In this document: positions 19,201 to 27,214 of the stretch, piece by piece
How positions within the stretch are numbered: position 1 is the stretch's first letter
Layout of the letters: each line of letters starts with the position of its first letter
Assembly: GCA_963782055.1 (NCBI GenBank)
Contig: CAWAIF010000003.1
Location: 2,816,001 to 2,880,000, forward strand
DNA length: 64,000 nucleotides
Reading direction: 5' to 3'
Source: an uncultured delta proteobacterium
Lineage (GTDB): Bacteria > Myxococcota_A > Polyangia > Polyangiales > Polyangiaceae
Program-made: the position numbers and the translations under genes
Notes under the pieces: generated by a model
The model's input: only the letters and a program-made list of their open reading frames with translations
Told to the model about the DNA's origin: nothing
Database searches by the model: none

Positions 19201-19980
19201 GACGCCGGCACCATGGGCACCATCGTGCTGGAGATGGGCGGCAGCTCGCGCCTCTGCGCCATGCTGGAGCCGGGCGAGCCCGTCGTCCTGATGGGCCCGA
19301 CGGGCACACCCACCGAGATCGCGCCCAAGGAGACGGTCCTCCTCTGCGGCGGGGGCCTCGGCAACGCGGTGCTCTTCTCCATCGCCCGGGCCTTCAAGGC
19401 GCTCGGCAGCACCGTGCTCTACTTCGCCGGCTACAAGGACGGCGCCGACGTCTTCCGCATGGATGACATCGAGCGCTACTCCGACCAGGTGGTGTGGGCC
19501 ACCGACGGCGGCGAGGCGATCGCGCCCCGGCGGGAGCAGGACGCCCACTTCCGCGGGAACGTGGTGCAGGCGATGCTCGCCTACGCCGGAGGGAAGCTCG
19601 GCAAATCGCTGGTGCGCCTCTCCGACGTCAACCGCATCATCGCCATCGGCTCCGACCGGATGATGGCCGCGGTGAAGGACGCCCGCCACGGCGTGCTCCT
19701 GCCGTACCTCGACCGCCGCCACGTCGCCATCGGCAGCATCAACTCGCCGATGCAGTGCATGATGAAGGAGGTCTGCGCGCAGTGCCTCCAGCGTCAGGTG
19801 GACCCGAAGACGGGCAAGGAGACGGTGGTCTTCACCTGCTTCAACCAGGACCAGGACCTGGACGCGGTGGACTTTGGGCACCTGCGCCAGCGCCTGCGCG
19901 CCAACAGCATGCAGGAGAAGCTCTCCAACGCCTGGCTGGACGTGCTGCTGAAGGAGAACCCCACCCTGCTGCAGGTGTAG
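16243..19980 (+). CDS. Large Fe-S flavoprotein: GltD/NfnB-like module fused to an FNR/NfnA(PyrK)-like module
   Basis: CLYCH, GCP, GHRICNDCMKAC, GLGPAG, GGGLTAIDTA; C-terminal PGQFY, MGPTG, GGGLGNA, INSPMQCMMKEVCAQC...C. Confidence 0.85.
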   Translation: MSAAKSPPGPYARVARDELALGVAGFTWADLFDPPRLRDLHQVFDEQFRERAPDAWATFDAYRRCQGEGMTPEQRSEALLAAAPHVSAFLAQLFAVGDEVVEVKEEVHSRDPLWHFKKDFAKKRVLKADAGRSWTHGDALAHEAARLALHVVTETDGADEELRVAEGTLQVLAVDDVARKVKKQGGAQWTDELRARARALREALGANAELAPLLPQGDDTLGDVAGLVLDALEHELARRHADPADPASRWPSLHQPHNLDYAHLVQLRRPDPKLPELFVGPEHERRQRDSFRLTDKRGSAREVEQEVDYCLYCHGRDKDSCSKGFRDKGGGYKKNPLGVELQGCPLEEKISEMHVMRRQGDVVAALALVTVDNPMTPGTGHRICNDCMKACVFQKQEPVNIPQVETRVLTEVLTLPWGLEIYSLLTRWNPLNVRRPYAKPYNGRNVLVVGLGPAGYTLAHHLASEGFGVTAVDGLKLEPLPFSLTGGYPGSPEDGGYLPPEPIKDARSIYGRLDERILLGFGGVSEYGITVRWDKNFLTLTYMTLARNRHVRMYGGIRFGGTLTLEDAWDLGFDHVAIAAGAGRPTLIDIKNNLARGIRKASDFLMALQLTGAYKKTSIANLQVSLPAVVIGGGLTAIDTATELLAYYCVQIEKTVERYEGLRATLSEAQVRALFDDEEWGEMQEHLGHGRQLLAEKATAKREGRPPNVQRLLDSWGGVTLVYRKSLADSPAYRLNHEEVIKSLEEGVRYVEGLSPTEAVLNDSGAVRAMKFVRKDGSVVELPARTVCVAAGTSPNISYQKEHSGSFVLDAKNRYFLAHRAAVDAAGHVTLAPAEDISEGFFTSYLQGDRTVSFYGDNHPHYAGSVVKAMASAKDGYPHVAALFPEIARLDPAAQPSRDEALRAMFAKLDDQLLARVVEVKRLTRTIVEVVVRAPMAARKFHPGQFYRLQNFETRAPVVGGKDTAGAAGTRLAMEGLALTGAWVDPDAGTMGTIVLEMGGSSRLCAMLEPGEPVVLMGPTGTPTEIAPKETVLLCGGGLGNAVLFSIARAFKALGSTVLYFAGYKDGADVFRMDDIERYSDQVVWATDGGEAIAPRREQDAHFRGNVVQAMLAYAGGKLGKSLVRLSDVNRIIAIGSDRMMAAVKDARHGVLLPYLDRRHVAIGSINSPMQCMMKEVCAQCLQRQVDPKTGKETVVFTCFNQDQDLDAVDFGHLRQRLRANSMQEKLSNAWLDVLLKENPTLLQV

Positions 19981-20031
19981 CAGGTGTAGCGGAGGGCCCG
20001 CGTGCGGGGCGGCCCGTGCCGCCCGGTGCGA

Positions 20032-21105
20032 TCAGTTGACCTTGCCGTTGGTCACGCAGCCGAAGACGATGTCGACCTTGCCCGACTTGTCCTTTTGCAC
20101 CGCGTCGCACGTGGTGCCGCAGAGGATGATCTTGCTCGGGTTGGTCGGGTCGTCGTAGTGCCAGCCGCTTCCGCCGTTGCAGCTCTCGTTGTAGGTGAGC
20201 GTCTGCGGGCTGGCGTTGGTGGGCGTGAAGACCACGTTGACCTTGTTCGGGTCGAGCGTCTCGCCGTTGGGGGGCGCGGGGATGGCGTACTCGCACGCCA
20301 GCGTCAGGCCGCGGATGGCGTCCAGCGCCTTCTCGAAGTCCTGCGAGGTCTGCTGGGGGTTGTTGGTGGAGACGATCGTCGCCTGACCGGTGCCGCCCGC
20401 CTTCGCGATGGTGTCCAGGTTGGCGGTGTTGCCGATGCCGATGACGAAGGTGGGGACCGACCCCGCCATCGCCGCGGCCGCCGCCGAGACGTTGTTGACG
20501 GAGCTGCTGCAGTCGTTGGGCTCGCCGTCGGTCACCAGCACGACCGCCGCCTTGGTCCCCACGTTCTGCTGCTGCTGGTCCGCGGCGTACTGCAGGGCGC
20601 CCTGCAGCGCCGGGTGCGTGGGCGTGCCGCCGCCGGGGGAGTTGGCGTTCATCGCGTTGGCGAAGTCCTTCGAGTTGGGCAGGGGCCGCATCGAGACCGA
20701 CGGCGTGGAGTAGCTCGTCGTGGTGCACTCGTTGTTGTTCTGCGGGAAAAACTGCAGCGACGCGGAGAGACCGGCGGACTTGGGGTCGGCGAAGAAGCCA
20801 GTGAGCCCCTGCTTGCACGACGTCCACTTGCTGCTCTGCCCCATGCTGCCCGACTTGTCGAACATCACGACGAGGTCGACAGGGATGGGCTTCGGCGTGG
20901 CGGTGGAGGAGGCGCAGTTGTCCAGGCTGGAGCCGTCGCCGCCGGCGTCGCCGGTGCCGACGAAGCCGGGCGCCCCGCCGTCGCCGTTGCCTCCGTTGAT
21001 CCCGTTGCCGTCGCCGGGGAAGGCGCTACCCGGATCGCTCCCGCACGCCACGACGGCGAGTGCACAGAAGACAGCAGACGCGGCGAGGGTGCGAGACAAG
21101 ATCAC
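20032..21105 (-). CDS. vWA-domain lipoprotein
   Basis: Lipobox VVAC; MIDAS DKSGSM...T...VTDG; Cys-rich C-terminus; strong RBS AAGGAGGTGA. Confidence 0.85.
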   Translation of the reverse strand: MILSRTLAASAVFCALAVVACGSDPGSAFPGDGNGINGGNGDGGAPGFVGTGDAGGDGSSLDNCASSTATPKPIPVDLVVMFDKSGSMGQSSKWTSCKQGLTGFFADPKSAGLSASLQFFPQNNNECTTTSYSTPSVSMRPLPNSKDFANAMNANSPGGGTPTHPALQGALQYAADQQQQNVGTKAAVVLVTDGEPNDCSSSVNNVSAAAAAMAGSVPTFVIGIGNTANLDTIAKAGGTGQATIVSTNNPQQTSQDFEKALDAIRGLTLACEYAIPAPPNGETLDPNKVNVVFTPTNASPQTLTYNESCNGGSGWHYDDPTNPSKIILCGTTCDAVQKDKSGKVDIVFGCVTNGKVN

Positions 21106-21144
21106 GGGTCACCTCCTTGAGCACGGCTCCGAGCTCGGCCTCTC

Positions 21145-21160
21145 TGCAACCCGCGAGCCA
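21145..21160 (-). promoter_or_regulatory. Sigma54 (-24/-12) promoter candidate for the vWA lipoprotein gene
   Basis: TGGCTCGCGGGTTGCA versus consensus TGGCACGNNNNTTGCW; GG-N10-GC spacing correct. Confidence 0.65.
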
Positions 21161-21299
21161 GGCGTGACGGACGCCCGCACTGTGACTCTACCGCCGGATC
21201 GTACGGTCAGGGGTCGCGCCCTCCGTCTGGTGGGGTCCGGCTGGTGGTCGGGCGATCCACCCCGATCCGCGCGACGCTCTTGTTTCCAGGGCGCGGGCC

Positions 21300-22049
21300 G
21301 TGCCTAATGGCGCCCCCGTGGCGACCCGCTACCACATCGGCGCGAAGCAGCTGGAGAGCAACGTCTCCTCGTACGCGAAGCGCTTCGACTTCCTGGAGGT
21401 GCGCATGCCCTCCTTCGCGGAGCGCGGACCGTCGCTGGCCTTGCTCCGTCGCTGGCGCAAGCAGGTGCCGCCGCACTTCGACTTCTCGGTGGTGGTGGGA
21501 CCCACGGCGTCGCACCTGCGACCTGGCAGGGAACACGACGAGGAGATCGACGCCGCCCTCGCGGCGGCCGACGCGCTGCAGGCGCGGTGCATGCTGGTGG
21601 TGACGCCGGTGGAGGTCAGCCCCGCGGCGGTGTGGCGGGACCGCCTCGCCAAGTTCGCGGCGCGCGTGCACCGGGACGCCACCCACCTGGCATGGGAGCC
21701 GCGCGGCCCGTGGGAGACGGAGGACGCACGCCGCCTGGCGCGCGGGCTGGAGCTGGTGCTCTCGGTCGATCCCGCGCGCGATCCGGTGCCTCCCGGCAGC
21801 GTGGCGTACTGCCGGCTGCGCGCGCTCGGCGAGACGCGCTCCTTCGGTGCGGCCGCCCTCGAGCGCGTGGTCGCCAACATCGGCACCCGTCGCGACGCCT
21901 ACGTGGTCATCGAGACGAGCTCCGCGCTCGCCGAGTGCAAGCGCCTGCGGCAGATCGTGCAGCGCCCGGCGCGGCGCGAGGGCGGCTTCGGCCGGGTGGT
22001 GCGGCCCCGCGCAACAATAATGAAGGTGAAGGACGACGAGCAGGAATGA
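21300..22049 (+). CDS. DUF72 family protein
   Basis: YAKRFDFLEV, RRWRKQVPPHFDFSV, LAWEPRG, VDP, AYCRL motifs. Confidence 0.75.
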   Translation: MPNGAPVATRYHIGAKQLESNVSSYAKRFDFLEVRMPSFAERGPSLALLRRWRKQVPPHFDFSVVVGPTASHLRPGREHDEEIDAALAAADALQARCMLVVTPVEVSPAAVWRDRLAKFAARVHRDATHLAWEPRGPWETEDARRLARGLELVLSVDPARDPVPPGSVAYCRLRALGETRSFGAAALERVVANIGTRRDAYVVIETSSALAECKRLRQIVQRPARREGGFGRVVRPRATIMKVKDDEQE

Positions 22050-23044
22050 CGTCCCCGACGTTCGCCGTCGCGGCCACGTCCCCGGACGTCCAGGGCGCAG
22101 CCGCCGCGATGCTCCCGCGCGGCAACGCGCTCGATGCCGTCCTCGCCGCGGTGCTCGCCGCCGGCGCGGTGCATCGCGGCGTGCTCCTCGGGCCCGTGCA
22201 GATCCTCGTCGCCGGGCCCGGCGTCGGCGCGCGCGCGGTGGACGGGCGCGTGCGGCAGCCTGGCGCCGGCGGCTCGCGTCCCCGCGGCTTTGTTCCGGAG
22301 GAGACCATCCCCCCCGCGGCCCGCGCCGGCGCGCCGTGTCTGTTCGCGGCGGTCGCCGCGGCGCTCGCCTCCTTCGGGTCGGCGACGCTCGCGCGGGTCG
22401 CGGCCCCCGCGGTGGAGCTCGCGCGCTCCGCCTCTGCGCCGCGGGCCAAGCTGCTCACCGCCTTCTCCCGCCGCGGACCGGGGGTGCTCCAAAACGACGC
22501 CTTTCGCGACCCGCTCGTGGCGGCGTGCGGGCGTCTGGCGGGAGGGACGCTCGTCGACGCCGACCTGGTGCCTCGCCCGGAGGTGACGGCGTGCGCGGTG
22601 GAGCGCCTGGACGGCTACCGCGTGGCGCGCGCGCCCTGGGCCGAAGAGGCGGCTCCGAGCGACACCACGCACGTCGTCGTCGCCGCCGACGGCAGGGGGA
22701 TGCTCGCGATCGCCTGTTACGAGGCGGGCCGCGCCGGCTTCGCGATCGAGGAGCTGGAGCTGGAGATGCCGCTGGTGGCGCAGCCGGTGCTTCGTGGCCA
22801 GCGCCGCACGCCCCCCGGCGAGCCCATTCCCGCGGCGTGCCCCATCGCCCTCTGCGGGCCGAAGAGCTACGAGATCGCCCTGGGCTTCGAGGCCAGTCCC
22901 CGCGCCGCGGCGAGCCTGGCGAAGGCGGCCCTGCGCCTGGCGGCGGGGGACACGCTGGAGTCCGCGGCGGCGGGCGAGCGCCTGCGCGCGGTGGTCCGGG
23001 CGGACGCGTCGGCGCGGCGAGCCCGGGCCTACACCCTGGGCTGA
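22046..23044 (+). CDS. Short gamma-glutamyltranspeptidase-like (Ntn hydrolase) protein
   Basis: GNALDAVLAA, VDGRV, PAVELAR, GGTLVDADL, DTTHVVVAADGRG; ATGA overlap with the DUF72 gene. Confidence 0.6.
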   Translation: MTSPTFAVAATSPDVQGAAAAMLPRGNALDAVLAAVLAAGAVHRGVLLGPVQILVAGPGVGARAVDGRVRQPGAGGSRPRGFVPEETIPPAARAGAPCLFAAVAAALASFGSATLARVAAPAVELARSASAPRAKLLTAFSRRGPGVLQNDAFRDPLVAACGRLAGGTLVDADLVPRPEVTACAVERLDGYRVARAPWAEEAAPSDTTHVVVAADGRGMLAIACYEAGRAGFAIEELELEMPLVAQPVLRGQRRTPPGEPIPAACPIALCGPKSYEIALGFEASPRAAASLAKAALRLAAGDTLESAAAGERLRAVVRADASARRARAYTLG

Positions 23045-23075
23045 TTGGGCAGACAGAGGCGGAGCGACTCGACGA

Positions 23076-23300
23076 TCAGAGCTTCACGCCGTGGCGCTTG
23101 GCGTAGGCGGTGATGCCGATCTTGTCGATCGTCCGGATGTCGCGCGTCGTCAGGTTGAGCGTGACGAACTTCTTCAGCTCGGGCACCCACACACGGCGCG
23201 TCTGGACGTTGATGTTCTGCCAGCGCTTCGTCTTGATGTTGGAGTGCGAGACGTTCTGCGCCTTGAGCTTACGCTTGCCGGTGATGTCGCTGCGGGCCAT
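23076..23300 (-). CDS. rpmB: 50S ribosomal protein L28 (Cys-free form)
   Basis: MARSDITGKR...NVSHSNIKTKRWQNINVQ...IRTIDKIG. Confidence 0.95.
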   Translation of the reverse strand: MARSDITGKRKLKAQNVSHSNIKTKRWQNINVQTRRVWVPELKKFVTLNLTTRDIRTIDKIGITAYAKRHGVKL

Positions 23301-23384
23301 GACGACGGATCCTCGAGTTTTCACGACCTTCGGCCCCTTGGCCCGGACACGAATTCCGGGCGGACCCCGAAGGAATGGGCGCGG

Positions 23385-23413
23385 AAAGTGCTCGACGCGG
23401 GTCGCTTTGTCAA
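23385..23413 (-). promoter_or_regulatory. Candidate sigma70 promoter of rpmB
   Basis: TTGACA-N17-CACTTT on the minus strand. Confidence 0.5.
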
Positions 23414-24246
23414 GGGGACTTTCCCCGGGCGCCGCCGGGGCTCGCCGCGCCGAGGCGGGCGACCAGATCGGCGCAGAAGGCGCGGGTCTTCTCGAAGCCG
23501 CCGGGGTGCAGCCGCAGCGTCGTCTCGTCCATGTAGAGCCGCCGGGCGAGCTCCACCTGGATGGCGTGCACGTCGCTGGCGGGATCCCCGTAGTGCCGGG
23601 TGGTGTACCCGCCACGGTAGGGGTCGTCGTGGCGGACGGTCAGGCCGACCTCCAGCGCGTGCCCCTCCACCTCGTCGATGAGCGGGCCCGCCGCCGTCGT
23701 GCGGCCCTGCGTGCCCGGCACCACGTCCGCCCGGCGCACCCCCGCGTCGCCGTGGCCGCTGCGCCCGATGCTCGGCATGGAGTGGCCCGCGAGCACCACG
23801 ACGTAGCCGAACCGCGCCCGCTTTCGCTCGATCTCCGCGTGAAGGGCCTCGTGATAGGGCTGGTGGATGGTGGCCAGCCGCTCGTCCAGCTCCGCCGGCG
23901 TGAGGGGGGCGGACAGGCACCGCTCGCCCTCCGTCGTCAGCCGCCAGATCACGCCGCGCGGGGCGCGCCGGCCGGGAGGGCCGCCCGCCACAGCCTCGCC
24001 GTCGTAGTCGTCCTGCCCGCGGTTGAGGTCGACCACGTAGCGAGAGACATGGGACACGAGGAGGGTGGCGCCCAGGTCCGGCGCGCTCTCGTAGAGCTCG
24101 TCGACGAACAGGTCGGCGTCCCGGGCGATGGAACGAAGCGGCGCGAGGAGCCGGAGGGCGATGTGAGGCGGGACGAGCACTCCGGCGTGAGGCACCTCCA
24201 CGATGACCGGTGTCTCCCGCGCCCGCGGCGGGGTCAGGGTGAACAT
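23410..24246 (-). CDS. N-formylglutamate amidohydrolase family protein
   Basis: VPHAG, DADLFVDELY, SRYVVDLNR, PYH..L, GHSMPS, PYRGGYTTRHYG, IQVELAR.LYMDE. Confidence 0.9.
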   Translation of the reverse strand: MFTLTPPRARETPVIVEVPHAGVLVPPHIALRLLAPLRSIARDADLFVDELYESAPDLGATLLVSHVSRYVVDLNRGQDDYDGEAVAGGPPGRRAPRGVIWRLTTEGERCLSAPLTPAELDERLATIHQPYHEALHAEIERKRARFGYVVVLAGHSMPSIGRSGHGDAGVRRADVVPGTQGRTTAAGPLIDEVEGHALEVGLTVRHDDPYRGGYTTRHYGDPASDVHAIQVELARRLYMDETTLRLHPGGFEKTRAFCADLVARLGAASPGGARGKSP

Positions 24247-24461
24247 CCTCACGGGGCACACCCTAACACCGGAATCGGGCCAGGCGGCCGCCCGGCCGCC
24301 CCCACCCCCCCCAGCCCCACCGCCCCCGCGTCGCATTGCTGCCATGCTTGCAATGGGACGTTTGGCCCACCGCGCGAGGGGAAAGCCCTGGCGGCGGGCA
24401 CAATAACGACCGGTCGGTTTGATGTCCGGCCGCCACGGGGCGCGCCGCCGTCGTGGCTGAC

Positions 24462-25346
24462 TCACGCCCGCGGGTGCGCCTTCGTGTACGCGGCCTGGAC
24501 GTGGTCCTGCGCGACGCGCGTGTAGATCTCGGTCGTCGCCAGGTCGGCGTGCCCGAGCATCGCCTGCACCGCGCGCAGGTCGGCGCCGCCGCGAAGCAGG
24601 TGGGTCGCGAAGGAGTGCCGCAGCTTGTGGGGGGAGACGGGCAAGGAGACGCCCGCCGCCCGCGCGTAGCGCTTCAGCAGCTTCCAGAATCCTTGACGCG
24701 TCAAGCGTCTGCCGCTCGGCGAGAGGAAGAGCGCGCTCTCGCCGGCCCGCGCCAGCGCCGGCCGCACCTCCGCCAGGTACTCCTCCACGTGCACGAGCGC
24801 CACCTCTCCGACGGGCACCAGCCGGCGCTTGCCGCCCTTGCCGAGCACCGACACCACGCCGCGCTCGCGATCCAGGTCGCCCACGCGCAGGGCGCACAGC
24901 TCCGAGACGCGCAGCCCGCACGCGTACATCAGGTGGATCATCGCGCGGTCGCGCACGCCGCGCCGGGTCACGATGGCGGGGCGCCCGGCGATCGCCTCGA
25001 TGTCCTCCTGCCCGAGCACCTTCGGCAGCCGCCGGCCGAGGCGCGGTCGCTCCACCAGGGCGGTGGGATCCTCGGCGATGGCCTTCTCCCGGACGAGGAA
25101 CTTGAAGAAGCCGCGGATCGCCGAGAGCTGCCGCGCGCTCGAGCGCGCGCCGAAGCCGCGCCTGACGTTCTCGGTGAGCAGGGCCGCGAGCTCTCCCGCG
25201 CCCACCTCTCGTGGCCCCGCGCGGTCGCCCGCGTGCGTCGCCAGGCGGTTCAGGTCCCGGGAGTAGGCCTCGAGGGTGTTGGCCGCCAGCCCGCGCTCCA
25301 CGCGCAGGTGATCGAGGTAGGCGTCGATCCACCCGGAGAGGTCCAC
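24462..25346 (-). CDS. xerD: Site-specific tyrosine recombinase XerD
   Basis: ERGLAANTLEAYSRDL, YACGLRVSEL, GKGGK.R, LTRQGFW, PHKLRHSFATHLL, MLGHA..TTEIYT. Confidence 0.9.
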   Translation of the reverse strand: MDLSGWIDAYLDHLRVERGLAANTLEAYSRDLNRLATHAGDRAGPREVGAGELAALLTENVRRGFGARSSARQLSAIRGFFKFLVREKAIAEDPTALVERPRLGRRLPKVLGQEDIEAIAGRPAIVTRRGVRDRAMIHLMYACGLRVSELCALRVGDLDRERGVVSVLGKGGKRRLVPVGEVALVHVEEYLAEVRPALARAGESALFLSPSGRRLTRQGFWKLLKRYARAAGVSLPVSPHKLRHSFATHLLRGGADLRAVQAMLGHADLATTEIYTRVAQDHVQAAYTKAHPRA

Positions 25347-25355
25347 CCCGCGATC

Positions 25356-26177
25356 TTACGTCGGCCCGCCCGGCTCCACCACTTTCCCGGCGCGCCGGGC
25401 CGCCATCGTAAATCGTTTCAATATAGTACTAGGGTCGTCCTCACGCATGAGCGTCTCGCCGATCAGCGCCGCGTCGGCGCGTTCCCGGGTGACGCCGCGC
25501 ACGTCGGCCTCCGTCTTCAGTCCGGACAGGTGCACCGCCACGCGCTCCGGCGGGACCCGCGCGAGGACCCGCGCGGCGGCCGCGGCGTCCATCGCCAGCG
25601 TGTCGAGATCGCGCGCGTTGACGCCGATGATGCGCGCGCGTGTGGCGAGCGCGCGCACCAGCTCGGTGCTGGTGGCCACCTCGACCACCGGTTCCAGCCC
25701 CCGCGCGAGCGACGCCTCCACCATCCCCCCGAGCGCCCCCGGCGAGAGGATGCGCGCGATGATCAGGACCGCATCGGCGCCGTGGCCCCGCGCGTGATCG
25801 AGCTGCACCGCGTCCACCACGAACTCCTTGGCCAGCAGGGGCACCGCGCGGCCCGCGGCGTCCAGCGCGCCGCGCGCCGCGGCCAGATCGGCGTACGAAC
25901 CGCCGAAGAAAGGCCCATCGCAGAGGACGCTCACCATCCGCGCGCCGGCGTTCGCGTAGGCGAGGGCGCGCTCGGCCGGCGTCATCGCCCGCGAGAGCTC
26001 TCCGGCGCTCGGGCTCCTTCGCTTGATCTCGGCGATCAGGCAGAGCGCTCCCGGGTCCCGCAGCGCGGCTCGCGCGTCGAGGGGCTCGCGCGACGCGCGG
26101 GGTGGCGCGGCGCCGCGGAGGCCGGCGACCTCGGCGTGCTTGGCGCGGAGGATCTCCGCGAGCACGCCGCCGCTCAT
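25356..26177 (-). CDS. trpC: Indole-3-glycerol phosphate synthase
   Basis: IAEIKRRSPSAG, SVL, GADAVLII, IGVNARDL, LIGETLM; ATGA overlap with trpD. Confidence 0.93.
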   Translation of the reverse strand: MSGGVLAEILRAKHAEVAGLRGAAPPRASREPLDARAALRDPGALCLIAEIKRRSPSAGELSRAMTPAERALAYANAGARMVSVLCDGPFFGGSYADLAAARGALDAAGRAVPLLAKEFVVDAVQLDHARGHGADAVLIIARILSPGALGGMVEASLARGLEPVVEVATSTELVRALATRARIIGVNARDLDTLAMDAAAAARVLARVPPERVAVHLSGLKTEADVRGVTRERADAALIGETLMREDDPSTILKRFTMAARRAGKVVEPGGPT

Positions 26178-27214
26178 GTCACCAGCCGCGAGCTCTCGCC
26201 GCGCGTGGCTTCCCGCCACGCCGCGACCTTGCGCCGCGCGGCGCCGCTCTCGATGGCGCCGGACGCCGCCCTCGCCGCCTCGCGGGGTGAGGAGGCCGCC
26301 CCGGCGACGAGCAGCGCGGCGGCTGCGTTCAGGACGACCGCCTCGGTGGCCGGGTGGACGCCACCGGAGACAATCGTTTCAATAGAATCTGCGTTCTTCC
26401 GCGCGTCGGCCCCGGCCAGCGCGGAGTGATGCAGCCGGCGGAGCCCGAAGTCCTCCGGCGTGAGGCGCATCTCGCGCACTTGCCCGGCCTCCACCACGCT
26501 CACCCGCGTCGCCGCGGAGGGGCTCACCTCGTCCAGGCCGTCCTCGCCGTGCACGACCCACGCCCGCACCGTGCCGAGCTCCGCGAGCACCCGCGCCAGG
26601 ATGGGCCGGAGGGCGTCGTCGTAGACGCCGATGAGCTGGTGCGTCGCCATGGCCGGGTTGGCGATCGGACCGAGCGCGTTGAAGATCGTCCGCACGCCGA
26701 GCTCCTGCCGCGCCTGAGCGGCGTGGCGGAGCGCCGGGTGGTGCGCGGGCGCGAAGAGGAACGCGATGCCGACGGTACGCAGCAGGTCGGCGTGCTGCCC
26801 GACGTCGAGGTCCAGCGGGATGCCGAGCGCCTCCACCACATCGGCGCTGCCGCACCGGCTCGAGACGCTGCGGTTACCGTGCTTGGCGACCGGAACGCCC
26901 GCCGCCGCGACCACGATGGCGGCGGCGGTGGAGACGTTGAGCGTCTGCGCGCCGTCGCCGCCGGTGCCGCACGTGTCGACGACCACCGGCAGCCCGTGGT
27001 CGACGCACGTCATGTGGGCGCGCAGGGCGCGCACGGCGGCGCCGATCACCTCCGGCGTCTCGCCCATCGTCCGAAGCGCGGCGGCGAAGGCGCCGACCTG
27101 CACCGGCGTCCACCCGCCAGAGAGGATCGCCTCGAACGCGTCGCGCACGAGCCCCGCGTCCGGCGCGCTCCCCGAGCAGAGACGCGTGAAGGCATCGGCG
27201 AAGACGAGCTTCAT
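26174..27214 (-). CDS. trpD: Anthranilate phosphoribosyltransferase
   Basis: DTCGTGGDG, NVST, KHGNRSVSSRCGSAD, GLDE. Confidence 0.96.
   Translation of the reverse strand: MKLVFADAFTRLCSGSAPDAGLVRDAFEAILSGGWTPVQVGAFAAALRTMGETPEVIGAAVRALRAHMTCVDHGLPVVVDTCGTGGDGAQTLNVSTAAAIVVAAAGVPVAKHGNRSVSSRCGSADVVEALGIPLDLDVGQHADLLRTVGIAFLFAPAHHPALRHAAQARQELGVRTIFNALGPIANPAMATHQLIGVYDDALRPILARVLAELGTVRAWVVHGEDGLDEVSPSAATRVSVVEAGQVREMRLTPEDFGLRRLHHSALAGADARKNADSIETIVSGGVHPATEAVVLNAAAALLVAGAASSPREAARAASGAIESGAARRKVAAWREATRGESSRLVT

Noticed and set aside
19971..19990. 9-bp duplication GCAGGTGTA x2 at the flavoprotein stop
   Set aside because: The copies are directly adjacent with no element between them; likely slippage with no coding effect.
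23076..23300. Cys-free L28 as a zinc-starvation paralogue
   Set aside because: Cys-poor L28 is common, and no Zur-like box or other Zn-free ribosomal paralogues are adjacent.
24290..24330. C/G-run tract that could form a G-quadruplex on the minus strand
   Set aside because: G-runs are common at this GC content; no independent support.
24462..25346. Tyrosine recombinase as the integrase of a mobile element
   Set aside because: Has housekeeping XerD motifs and sits in the trp operon; no att sites, cargo or compositional shift; no dif-like site seen.
25424..25431. TAGTACTA palindrome as a TrpR operator
   Set aside because: Too short, at the 3' end of trpC rather than the operon start, and no trpR in view.
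25411..26384. ATTGAAAC on the minus strand resembles a CRISPR repeat 3' end
   Set aside because: Only two copies, 961 bp apart, inside intact genes; no spacers or cas genes.
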